Below are positions 9,543 through 18,941 of a DNA stretch of 37,866 nt, piece by piece. The DNA lies in assembly GCA_008080735.1 (NCBI GenBank), contig SHMW01000038.1, positions 1-37,866 of the forward strand. Direction: 5' to 3'. The position numbers and the translations under genes were made by a program. The stretch comes from Promethearchaeota archaeon. Its GTDB lineage: Archaea > Asgardarchaeota > Lokiarchaeia > Sigyniarchaeales > SOKP01. Numbering within the stretch: position 1 is the first letter of the stretch; every line of letters starts with the position of its first letter. Under the pieces are notes generated by a model. That model was not told the origin of the DNA. It saw nothing but the letters and a program-made list of their open reading frames with translations, and did no database searches.

Positions 9543-9962
9543 CTATTTAATTATATCTGTTATAAAGCAAGTTTCAATTATCTTTATTCCATTAATACGT
9601 GAAATTTTCTCCTCTATTAATGGATTAAAATCTTCAATCGAGGGGATTTCAACTTTGATAAATAATCCACAATCCCCGCTCAATCGCCAAATGTCCGTGA
9701 TTTCATCAATTCCTTTTAATTCTTTCAAAATATTCTTTATTTCCTTAAAGTCAGGCTCAATTTTTACGGTTGCTTTTGTCTTCGGTTTTGAATTTATCTC
9801 ATAATCAATGGTAAATTTTTTAATAATTCCAGTTTTAATCATTTTTTTTACACGTCTTCTAACGGTAGCTTCCGTCTTGCCCACATTTTCGGAGATTTCA
9901 TTATAAGACTTACGTCCATCCTTCTTAAGCTCTTCCAAAATTTTTATATCAATTACGTCCAG
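9543..9962 (-). CDS. Lrp/AsnC family transcriptional regulator, probable CTG start
   Basis: (M)DVIDIKILEELKKDGRKSY-x-EI...TVRRRV...GIIKKFT HTH plus a RAM domain (LSGDCGL). In-frame CTG at 9962 follows a GAGGT SD-like motif. Confidence 0.88.
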   Translation of the reverse strand: MDVIDIKILEELKKDGRKSYNEISENVGKTEATVRRRVKKMIKTGIIKKFTIDYEINSKPKTKATVKIEPDFKEIKNILKELKGIDEITDIWRLSGDCGLFIKVEIPSIEDFNPLIEEKISRINGIKIIETCFITDIIK

Positions 9963-10347
9963 TGTTCAAACCTCTTTTTAACTTGTAGAAATTTAATGTA
10001 TTTAATTCAATATTAGAATAGTATTATTATGATTATCAAAAAATAAAAAATAGTAATAAAATTTACCTTTTTTCTAGCAATTTAAGAACATAATTTACCG
10101 AAAAATAAAATTTTTGATCATATATAAAAATTTATGTATGAATTATTACTTATTCTAAAACAAATTTAGTCAAGGAAAACGATATTTCCACACTTATTTG
10201 TGCCTCATTTTCACGACCTTTTGCTAAACTCTTCAAAGAATTTAATATAAACTTGACATAATGGAATGAGATTCAAATTATTCATTCTGATTATATTAAA
10301 CCGCAAAAAATAATAAAATTCATTAAACCCAAAATTAAAAATAAATT

Positions 10348-11976
10348 ATGAGCAACTTGTTTCTTGGATTGGATTGCTCCACGCAGAGTTTAACTGGAAT
10401 AATTATCGATTCTGAGTCAAAAGAAATTATCTATCGAAACAGTATCCAATATGGAAAAGATCTTATTTTCCATAAGACTAAAGATGGGATTATTCTGGAT
10501 AAGGATGAGCAAAAAGTACATTCAAATCCTCTAATGTGGCTTGAGGCGCTGGAAATTCTTTTTCAAGAAATTTTACAATCAGAAGTGAATGTAAGTAAAA
10601 TAAAAGCTGTTTCTGGCTCCGGACAACAACACGGAACAGTGTATTTGAACAGTTCATTCCAAATGAAAATAAAGAACTTAGATCCAGAGAAAACACTAAT
10701 CTCACAACTGAAAGGAAGCTTTTCGCGAAAAACAAGTCCCATTTGGATGGATTCTAGTACCACAAGTCAATGTGAAGAAATCCGGAAACATTTAGGTGGA
10801 AAAGAAGAGGTAATTCGAAAAACGGGGTCCGATACATTTGAAAGATTCTCTGGTCCCCAAATTAGAAAATTCTATCAAGAACAGCCGGAGGCATATGAAA
10901 ACACAGACAAAATCCATCTCGTAAGTTCATTCATCGCTTCTCTATTGCTTGGTGATCACGCTCCCATAGATTACGGGGACGGGGCGGGGATGAATTTAAT
11001 GAATATTGAGAAGAAAGCATGGTCTCAAGAAGCAATAGAAGCAACGGCTCCAAATTTACAAGAAAAATTACCTCCCTTGGTTCCCTCCTATGAGATAATT
11101 GGGTCCCTCTCGAACTATTTTGTTGAGAGATATGGATTTTCTCCTGAGACTAGATTAATTGCATGGTCAGGAGATAATCCAAACAGTCTTATTGGGATTG
11201 GCTTAACCAAAAAAGGACGTTTTGCTATGAGCTTGGGCACCAGTGATACCTATTTTGGATATTTAAAGGATTTACACATCGATCTTAAAGGTGAGGGACA
11301 CATATTTGGTGCACCCACGGGGGATTATATGAGTCTCATATGCTATAAGAACGCATCACTAGCAAGAGAGAAAATAAGAGCTCAGTTCAAATTAAAATGG
11401 GAGGATTTTTCTGACATCTTACGATCAACTCCACCCGGGAACTATGGTAAAATTATGTTACCCTATTTCTTCCCAGAAATTGTGCCTTTAGTCTTAGAAC
11501 CACGAGTGTATAGATTTGGATTTGACGAAACTGATTTGGAAGGGAATATTCGAGCGATAATTGAAGCACAATTTCTTTCGATGAGATTACATTCTGATTG
11601 GATTACAGAGACACCAAAAGAGATATTTGCCACAGGAGGAGCTTCCATCAATAGAGAAATATTACAAGTCGCTTCAGATATTTTTGATGCTCCTATTCAT
11701 AGATTTGAAATCACCGACTCAGCAGCATTAGGGGCTGCTTTTCGCGCGGCTTATTCTTATCATAATCAACAAAATTCCGAAATGAAATGGATGGAATTAA
11801 TAGAGGATTTTTTAAAATCCCAAATTATAGAGAAGATTAAACCAAATCGTGATAATAAGGAACTCTATGATGATATGCTTGAGTTATATGAAAAGTTTGA
11901 GGATTTCGCAATTCGAGTTGCTGATAATCCAGAACAAGAGCGTCAAGAATTTATTCATAAATATTTTGCATTATAA
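10348..11976 (+). CDS. xylB: FGGY-family carbohydrate kinase, D-xylulokinase of the eukaryote-like subfamily
   Basis: FLGLDCSTQS, SGSGQQHGTVY, PIWMDSST, ERFSGPQIRK, GDNPNSL, SLGTSDT and TGGAS-x-N. Confidence 0.85.
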   Translation: MSNLFLGLDCSTQSLTGIIIDSESKEIIYRNSIQYGKDLIFHKTKDGIILDKDEQKVHSNPLMWLEALEILFQEILQSEVNVSKIKAVSGSGQQHGTVYLNSSFQMKIKNLDPEKTLISQLKGSFSRKTSPIWMDSSTTSQCEEIRKHLGGKEEVIRKTGSDTFERFSGPQIRKFYQEQPEAYENTDKIHLVSSFIASLLLGDHAPIDYGDGAGMNLMNIEKKAWSQEAIEATAPNLQEKLPPLVPSYEIIGSLSNYFVERYGFSPETRLIAWSGDNPNSLIGIGLTKKGRFAMSLGTSDTYFGYLKDLHIDLKGEGHIFGAPTGDYMSLICYKNASLAREKIRAQFKLKWEDFSDILRSTPPGNYGKIMLPYFFPEIVPLVLEPRVYRFGFDETDLEGNIRAIIEAQFLSMRLHSDWITETPKEIFATGGASINREILQVASDIFDAPIHRFEITDSAALGAAFRAAYSYHNQQNSEMKWMELIEDFLKSQIIEKIKPNRDNKELYDDMLELYEKFEDFAIRVADNPEQERQEFIHKYFAL

Positions 11977-11999
11977 TTTCCATTCTACATCTAAAATTT

Positions 12000-12038
12000 T
12001 TTAATAAAATCTTCCCCGAAATTTAATAAAAATCTTCC
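12000..12038. repeat. Short direct repeat in the xylB-trmB intergenic region
   Basis: tttaataaaatcttcc (12000-12015) and tttaataaaaatcttcc (12022-12038). Confidence 0.45.
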
Positions 12039-12283
12039 ACACGCAAAAAAGAGAAAATTCTAAAAGTTTAAATAGGAATTCAACACAATATATTTCAAAC
12101 ATAAAAGATTTCATTACACATACATTATCTTTTATTGAAATACCGATTTTGTTTAAAGTATAAAAAACCAAAATTTAATATTAATCACAAGATTAGTTAT
12201 CTTATCTATTTTAATTTTAAACTATATATCGTTTCAAAAAGCAAATATTTTGCTATATAAAATTACTAAACTGAAGATTTATT

Positions 12284-13081
12284 ATGTCGAATGAAATTCC
12301 TGATAATGTAAAAGAAAGTCTACGCGAAATTGGCTTGACTGATTATGAAATCTCCATATATTTAACATTAATCTCAAAGGGACCGATGGATGCTCGAGAA
12401 TTGTCTGATGCTTCGGGAGTTCCGTACTCACGTATATATAATATCCTTACGCAATTGGAAAAGGATAAAAAGTGGATAATTAAAGAGGAAGAGAGTCGCC
12501 CAAGTCGTTATTTTGCAAAAAGCCCCGATGAAGCGTTGATTATCGCAAAAAAACAGTATAATGATAATTTCGACGACCATTCAAATCTAATCATACACCA
12601 ATTAACTCCAATATATCAAAGCCATGATACTCCTATCAAAATTGCGCTTTATATTCACAGAGGACGTGATGTATGCTTAAATCGAGCACTCTCTCTTATT
12701 AATCTGTCCAAAACAGCTATATATTTGGTTTCGACCGACTTTGAATTTCTGGATATTTTCTATGAAGACATACGGAAAGCGAGAGCGCGTGGAGTAACGG
12801 ACATTCGACTCCTCATCGAGGAAGAAACACTTGAGGATCAGAAATTTTCTAAATTACTGAAAAAATACGAAGAAATCGCCGAAATTAAATACCGCGACCA
12901 ATTATTTGGCACCTCTATTATAATTGACGAGGGAGAAGATGCCTTCATCATTCTTTCCCAGAAATTCTTCGAGAAACAGTCTTATTTTGGTGTAGTTACC
13001 GATCACATCGCATTTGGTCCCGCGGCGAATTATTATTTCAATTATCTTTATGAGACCGCAAAATTAGCCAAATTCAACTAA
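12284..13081 (+). CDS. TrmB-family transcriptional regulator
   Basis: LREIGLTDYEISIY, ELSDASGVPYSRIYNIL and RPSRY winged HTH, plus a C-terminal PLD-like effector domain. Confidence 0.9.
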   Translation: MSNEIPDNVKESLREIGLTDYEISIYLTLISKGPMDARELSDASGVPYSRIYNILTQLEKDKKWIIKEEESRPSRYFAKSPDEALIIAKKQYNDNFDDHSNLIIHQLTPIYQSHDTPIKIALYIHRGRDVCLNRALSLINLSKTAIYLVSTDFEFLDIFYEDIRKARARGVTDIRLLIEEETLEDQKFSKLLKKYEEIAEIKYRDQLFGTSIIIDEGEDAFIILSQKFFEKQSYFGVVTDHIAFGPAANYYFNYLYETAKLAKFN

Positions 13082-13162
13082 GTAGTTCAATATTTTGCAG
13101 TTAAAAAGTTTTCTTACTGGTTTTCTAAAAACTTATCTAATTCTGTTTCTTATTGTTTAAAT

Positions 13163-13954
13163 ATGGAATATACGAAAGTTGCTCTGGTTACTGGGAGTAC
13201 AAGTGGCATCGGGAAAGCAATCGCATTAGAATTAGCAAAATTATCTTATCGTGTGATCATAAACGGAGCATCAACCAAAGAGCTTTCAGATAAATATAGA
13301 AAAATATTAGAGCACCTATATAATGAAAATTTTAGCGCGAAATATTTATATGTGCAAGCAGACATTTCAAAACGTTCTGATCGGGAAGTAATGCTGACTA
13401 AAATTAAACAAGCGTTCGGCAGAATAGATATATTAGTCAATAATGCAGGGATACCTCCCACAGAACGTAAAGATCTATTGGAAGCCTCTGAGGAATCATT
13501 TGAAAGAGTGATGAAGGTAAATTTGCAGGGTCCATATTTTTTAACGCGTGATATCGCCAAATGGATGATTAAACTCAAAAAGAATCTCAATCAATATAAT
13601 CCTATAATTATCAATATATCTTCGATTTCCAGTTTTACCTCATCACCTAATAGAGGGGAATATTGTATTTCGAAAGCTGGAATGACAATGATGACGAAAT
13701 TATATGCAGATAGACTCGCAGAATATGAAATTCCCGTTTATGAGATACAACCTGGCATTATAAAGACGAGAATGACTAAAGTAGTTGAGGAAAAATACAA
13801 TAAACTCTTTGAGCAAGGGATTACCCCCATAAAGCGTTGGGGTCTCCCCGAGGATGTTGCAAAAGCCGTGAAGGCGATTGTTTTAGGATATATTCCATAT
13901 TCGACAGGAGATATTATTCACATCGATGGAGGATTCCATCTTAAACGACTATAA
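13163..13954 (+). CDS. Classical short-chain dehydrogenase/reductase
   Basis: TGSTSGIG, LVNNAG, catalytic S and YCISK, PGII-x-T-x-M and IDGG. Confidence 0.92.
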   Translation: MEYTKVALVTGSTSGIGKAIALELAKLSYRVIINGASTKELSDKYRKILEHLYNENFSAKYLYVQADISKRSDREVMLTKIKQAFGRIDILVNNAGIPPTERKDLLEASEESFERVMKVNLQGPYFLTRDIAKWMIKLKKNLNQYNPIIINISSISSFTSSPNRGEYCISKAGMTMMTKLYADRLAEYEIPVYEIQPGIIKTRMTKVVEEKYNKLFEQGITPIKRWGLPEDVAKAVKAIVLGYIPYSTGDIIHIDGGFHLKRL

Positions 13955-13965
13955 AGTGAAATAAT

Positions 13966-15987
13966 ATGGCAAACATAAGAGTCAAGTCCCATAATATTGA
14001 AATTCATTCCAATTATTGCATCATTGTAGGCTCTGGGGCTGCGGGATTGAATTGTGCTCTCCATCTTGTTGATGAAGGAGTGCCCGCAGAAAAGATCGCC
14101 ATTCTTACCGAGAAACTTGGGGGTGGAACCTCCTTCAATACCGGTTCAGATAAACAAACATACTACAAATTATCTATTATCGGAAATCAAGATGATAGTC
14201 CCTATCAAATGGCAAAGGATTTTTTACGAGGTGGGGCAATGCATGGAGATATTGCATTGATTGAATCGACAAATTCTGTCCGAGAATTCTTCCATTTAGT
14301 TGAATTAGGAGTTCCTTTTCCGCAAGATGAGTTTGGTGGGTATGTTGGATATAAAACAGACAATGATCCCAAACAGAGAGCGACCTCTATCGGCCCTCTT
14401 ACTTCACAAAAAATGTGTGAATGTCTTTTAAAATCAATAAGAGATACAGATATTAACATAATTGATAACCATTACGTAATCCACCTTATAACTGATGATA
14501 ATCAAGCCCCTCGTAAAGCAATTGGCTTAATTGCCTTAGATATTGTGAATCTCAAACAAGAAAGAGATATAAAAAACTTTATAGAAAGTCTTAAGATTTA
14601 CCTTGCAGATAATATTATCCTTGCTACGGGAGGTCCTGCTGCTCTCTATAAAAATTCCGTATATCCTCCCTCCCAATGTGGTAGTTTAGGGCTTGCGATA
14701 AATGCGGGGTGTAAGCTTCAAAACCTCACTGAATCCCAGTTTGGTCTAGCTTCTACACATTTTCGCTGGAATCTGTCGGGTTCTTATCAACAAGTTATAC
14801 CTAGGTATATATCACGAGATATGAAGGGGAAAGAAACGAAATTTTTAGACCAGTATTTTTCCTCTTTTGAATTATTATCTAGAGCAATCTTTCTGAAGGG
14901 GTATCAATGGCCGTTTAATTCAGAACGAATTGAGAAATTTGGTTCATCGTTGATAGATCTGGCGGTATATTATGAATCCGAAATATTAGGAAAGGATGTT
15001 TTTTTAGATTTTAGAAATAATCCAAATGAATATAATGAATCGAAATTACACCCGATCGCATATGAATATTTAAAAAACTCTGAAGCATTGGCTGATTCAC
15101 CAATTAAACGCCTCGAGAAATTAAATCCTGATGCGATTCATTTATATAAAAATCATGATATTGACCTTTGGAAGGAGCCCCTGCAAATAGCAGTATGTAA
15201 TCAGCACCTCAATGGAGGAATCTCGGGTGATATGTGGTGGGAAACAAATATCCAGAATCTTTTTGCTATTGGGGAGGTAAATGGGAGTCATGGAATACAC
15301 CGTCCAGGAGGAGCAGCACTTAATTCAGGACAAGTAGGTGGCCTAAGAGCAGCGCAAAAAATTGCCCATAAATCACGAAATATGCTTAGGCCAAAATTAA
15401 CCCAAACACCAGAAATTATTAAACCTATAATAACCTCATACATTAATCAGGTAAGTTCCCTCCTTGATAATAAAGATGAGTCACTCTATACCCCGAATAA
15501 GTTACTAGATCAAATAAGAAATAGGATGTCCCGATATGGGTCAATTATTAGACCACTAAAATCTCTTTCAAATAAATTGAAATCTCTCAAGCAGAACCTC
15601 CAAAACCTTCACTATAGATGCATTATCAATAATAATACCGAAATTCTAAAATATTTCAAAGTTAAGGATGCGCTCCTCACGCAATATTTTATCTTAAGCT
15701 CGATTTTAAATTATCACAAAATGTATGGAAGAAGCCGAGACTCCTATTTAGTCATAAGAGATAAACTTAAAGGGTCATTCAATGAAAGGTATATTGAACC
15801 TCCAGGTGCTCTTAATCAACTAAGATTTATTAGCAGCGAGAGTGATTTAAGCAATAAAATTCAGACCATCCAAGAGATTGATGGAAAAGTTATAATTGAA
15901 TGGGAAGATGTGAGACCGATTCCCACTGATTTTGGATGGTTTGAAAAAACCTGGAAACGATTTAAAAACGGAGATATCTTCAAATGA
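13966..15987 (+). CDS. SdhA/FrdA/NadB-fold FAD-dependent oxidoreductase of unknown substrate
   Basis: GSGAAG dinucleotide motif, LATGG, QHLNGG and GE-x-x-G-x-HG-x-x-RPGG-x-AL; GSDKQTYYK lies where SdhA has its covalent-FAD His segment. Confidence 0.8.
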   Translation: MANIRVKSHNIEIHSNYCIIVGSGAAGLNCALHLVDEGVPAEKIAILTEKLGGGTSFNTGSDKQTYYKLSIIGNQDDSPYQMAKDFLRGGAMHGDIALIESTNSVREFFHLVELGVPFPQDEFGGYVGYKTDNDPKQRATSIGPLTSQKMCECLLKSIRDTDINIIDNHYVIHLITDDNQAPRKAIGLIALDIVNLKQERDIKNFIESLKIYLADNIILATGGPAALYKNSVYPPSQCGSLGLAINAGCKLQNLTESQFGLASTHFRWNLSGSYQQVIPRYISRDMKGKETKFLDQYFSSFELLSRAIFLKGYQWPFNSERIEKFGSSLIDLAVYYESEILGKDVFLDFRNNPNEYNESKLHPIAYEYLKNSEALADSPIKRLEKLNPDAIHLYKNHDIDLWKEPLQIAVCNQHLNGGISGDMWWETNIQNLFAIGEVNGSHGIHRPGGAALNSGQVGGLRAAQKIAHKSRNMLRPKLTQTPEIIKPIITSYINQVSSLLDNKDESLYTPNKLLDQIRNRMSRYGSIIRPLKSLSNKLKSLKQNLQNLHYRCIINNNTEILKYFKVKDALLTQYFILSSILNYHKMYGRSRDSYLVIRDKLKGSFNERYIEPPGALNQLRFISSESDLSNKIQTIQEIDGKVIIEWEDVRPIPTDFGWFEKTWKRFKNGDIFK

Positions 15988-15993
15988 AAATTA

Positions 15994-17376
15994 CTAGCTT
16001 TTCACTTCATATGCGGGGTCTCGAATAACACAGCCGGTACTTTTTCCATTTTTCATAAGCTGAGAACATTGCGAGCACCCCACGCAAACCTTTTTGGGAT
16101 TAATCTCATCTTGTTGAAAAATTTGTCTGGGAAATTCGGGATTAGCAAAGGCCATTCTTCCGAATCCGCATATATCCACCTCATTATTCTTAATCAGATC
16201 TGCGCAGATATACGGGGAAAATTGCCGTAGGTAAGAATAGCCAGATCCCATAATTTTTATCTCTTCGGAAATCGATTTTTTAATTTCCGATGTCATTTTT
16301 ATTAATCTATAGACGCCACATAAGGGATGTTCAGAAGGTAGATTTGCCCCTTTTACGGGAATATCATAAGGTCTCGTAATATGTGGTTTATAGTGGGGAT
16401 TTCCCGCAGAAATATTGATTAATTTTATTCCTAAATTATCCAGCTCATTAATCAACTTAATTGGCTCAGTTAAATCGATGGATGCTGGAAATTCTTCTCC
16501 TTCAAGAGGTGCGACTCCAAATCCATTTGGATATGGAATTCCATCATAAATCCCTAATCGGGTTGTTATGATAAAATCCCCATTCTTAAAACAGCGTTTT
16601 TTAAGCTTTTTTATGACGTTCAAAAAAAATCGAGATCTATTTGCGAAATCATATCCTCCATAAAGAGAATCATTCCTTTCACGCGCGCCCAATAGTTCGC
16701 TTATCAAGTATCCGTGACACGCCTTAATATCCACTCCATCAAATCCTGCATCTCGAGCTAGAAGAGCTTTTTCGCCCCATTTCTCCTCTAATGCTATTAG
16801 TTCACTATCCTCAATAATTTTCCCGTCTTGTTCGGAAACATTGATTGCCTTATCTAATTGATAATTATGGTACGCCCGAATCGGATATTTAGTGTCCCCT
16901 TTTTTGCAGTATCGTCCCGAGTGATTTAACTGTAGAATGAATAGGCATTGCCCTGAAAACCCTAACTGTTCTAATGCGCTTTTACTAATTTTTTTAATAT
17001 GACTGACAAATTTACGATATTCATCCACATTTTCTTTGGTTATTGCTAATTGATGTTGATTTGATTTATATCCTTCAGAAATAGAAGTCGCCTCACACCA
17101 AATCAACCCCGCTCCTCCTTTCGCATACCGCGAATATCGCCGAACTGTCAGAAAACTCGGCCTGCCATCTCTTTTTGCGTCAAAACCTTCCATAGGTTGA
17201 ATCGCTAATCTGTTTGGGATTGATTTATTCCCAATAGATAGCGACCGTTTAAGAACTGCAAGATCATCGTTAAAATCTAATGCTAAATTTAATTCCGACA
17301 GTTTCTGCTTTAATTGAGTAAGTATTTTGTATTTGAATGGTTCAAAATGTTTACATTCTTTTCCCAATACTTTCAA
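15994..17376 (-). CDS. NADH:flavin oxidoreductase (old yellow enzyme family) with C-terminal Fe-S motif
   Basis: NRLAIQPME, GGAGLIW-x-E, QLNHSGR, AGFDGVDIKACHGYL, YGG-x-x-F-x-NR-x-RF and CVGCSQC-x11-C. Confidence 0.88.
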   Translation of the reverse strand: MKVLGKECKHFEPFKYKILTQLKQKLSELNLALDFNDDLAVLKRSLSIGNKSIPNRLAIQPMEGFDAKRDGRPSFLTVRRYSRYAKGGAGLIWCEATSISEGYKSNQHQLAITKENVDEYRKFVSHIKKISKSALEQLGFSGQCLFILQLNHSGRYCKKGDTKYPIRAYHNYQLDKAINVSEQDGKIIEDSELIALEEKWGEKALLARDAGFDGVDIKACHGYLISELLGARERNDSLYGGYDFANRSRFFLNVIKKLKKRCFKNGDFIITTRLGIYDGIPYPNGFGVAPLEGEEFPASIDLTEPIKLINELDNLGIKLINISAGNPHYKPHITRPYDIPVKGANLPSEHPLCGVYRLIKMTSEIKKSISEEIKIMGSGYSYLRQFSPYICADLIKNNEVDICGFGRMAFANPEFPRQIFQQDEINPKKVCVGCSQCSQLMKNGKSTGCVIRDPAYEVKS

Positions 17377-17482
17377 TGAGAGACTCCTTTTGTTTGAAAA
17401 TATGTTATAAAGAGTAAGTTAGGTAAAGGAATAAGTTTTTTGCCAAGAGATGAAAAATTGAATTAGGGAAATTGTCCAATTT

Positions 17483-18511
17483 TTACTTCTCCTTATTAAT
17501 TTCAAGAATTATTTTCAGGTTTTCTTCCTTATTGAAGGCTTGTTCAAATGCCTGTTGGGCTTTTTTCAGGGGTATTATTTTACTGATAAACAACTCTGGA
17601 GAAATTTCCTTATTAGCTAACATTTTTACCGCCTCTGTAAAGTCTCTCCTAATATACATTAGCGACCCGATCAATTCTAATTCTCTATCTTGGACATACG
17701 CCATTTGAACTTCAGTCTCTTCCCCAAACACACCAACCACAATTATTTTCCCACCCTTTCGCACAATCTCAATTGCATCACGGATACTTTGTTCGACTCC
17801 TACACACTCAAATACGACATCGATACCCTCATACGGTTGATTCTGTTTCATCTCTTCCATAGCATCTGTTTTAGTGGCATTAATTGTTTGGGTGGCTCCC
17901 AATATTTCTGCCTTTTTAAGTCTGGAGTCTGATAAATCAATTACAGTAATATTTTCTGCTCCACCCTTTACCACATTTGCTAATACAGAAAGGCCTATCA
18001 TCCCTGAACCTATGATGACTACGTTTTTATTTAGTAATACCCCCGCTTTTTTTGCTGCGTGGACTCCAACCGCGATTGGTTCACTTAGTACGGCATCCAA
18101 GAGAGACAAATCATCGGGGATGGGAATTACCTTTTCTGATGGAACGATTAAATAATCTGCCATTGCCCCGTCCCCTTGACATCCCATAACTCGTAAATTT
18201 TCGCAAATATTATATCTGCCAATACGACAATTATAACATTCTCCACAAGTCAGACTGGGCTCAACCGTTACTCTATCACCCTTTTTAAAATTTGATACCT
18301 CTTTTCCTACTTGTTCAATTATGGCTGAAAATTCATGCCCTGGTGTTGCGGGTAAGGGAATAAAAGGATGTTTTCCCTGGAACGCATGAAGATCTGACCC
18401 ACAAATTCCGCAATATGCAATCTCCAATAGAATTTCGCTGGGTTCTGGTTCTGGCATTTTTGGTTCCTTAATAACAATCTTATTTGGTTTTTGAATTACA
18501 ACTCTTCTCAT
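17483..18511 (-). CDS. Zn-dependent (MDR) polyol/sugar-acid dehydrogenase
   Basis: GICGSD, GHE, CGECYNC-x7-C and GSGMIG. ATG at 18511 (MRRVVI) follows GGAGG. Confidence 0.92.
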   Translation of the reverse strand: MRRVVIQKPNKIVIKEPKMPEPEPSEILLEIAYCGICGSDLHAFQGKHPFIPLPATPGHEFSAIIEQVGKEVSNFKKGDRVTVEPSLTCGECYNCRIGRYNICENLRVMGCQGDGAMADYLIVPSEKVIPIPDDLSLLDAVLSEPIAVGVHAAKKAGVLLNKNVVIIGSGMIGLSVLANVVKGGAENITVIDLSDSRLKKAEILGATQTINATKTDAMEEMKQNQPYEGIDVVFECVGVEQSIRDAIEIVRKGGKIIVVGVFGEETEVQMAYVQDRELELIGSLMYIRRDFTEAVKMLANKEISPELFISKIIPLKKAQQAFEQAFNKEENLKIILEINKEK

Positions 18512-18662
18512 TATATTCGCCTCCACACGTTTTTTGTATTTAATAGTGAAATTATGAATTTTAATAATTAGTTTATTAATTATCATAAATGGGGGTTTAT
18601 AATTTCAGAAAAAAATTGCGATGTAAAAAATCTTTAAAAAGAAAGAGATAAAAACTAAATTT

Positions 18663-18923
18663 TTACCACTTAACTGTTATAGCTTGCTCGGGACATATAT
18701 CGACGCATTTTAGGCACCGATTGCATAGAGATCCCCAGATCGGAGTAATACGCCAATCTTGAGGATCATAAGGATTTTCTTGCTTATCTTCGGTTCCGAT
18801 AGTCTCGTGCATCAAAAAGACCGCGGGATCACATGTTCGTAAACATTTGGCGCACTCTCTTGGGTCCACCTTTCCATTCTCCCCACAGAGAGAATACTCA
18901 ATTTCGATTTTTGTTCTTCCCAT
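18663..18923 (-). CDS. Small ferredoxin-like 4Fe-4S protein
   Basis: C-x9-CAKCLRTC and CNRCLKCVDICP. ATG at 18923 follows GAGGTG. Confidence 0.8.
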   Translation of the reverse strand: MGRTKIEIEYSLCGENGKVDPRECAKCLRTCDPAVFLMHETIGTEDKQENPYDPQDWRITPIWGSLCNRCLKCVDICPEQAITVKW

Positions 18924-18941
18924 TATTTTTTTACACCTCAA

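Noticed and set aside
13966-15987. Calling this gene sdhA, frdA or nadB
   Set aside because: The covalent-FAD His and dicarboxylate-site residues are missing and no partner subunits are adjacent.
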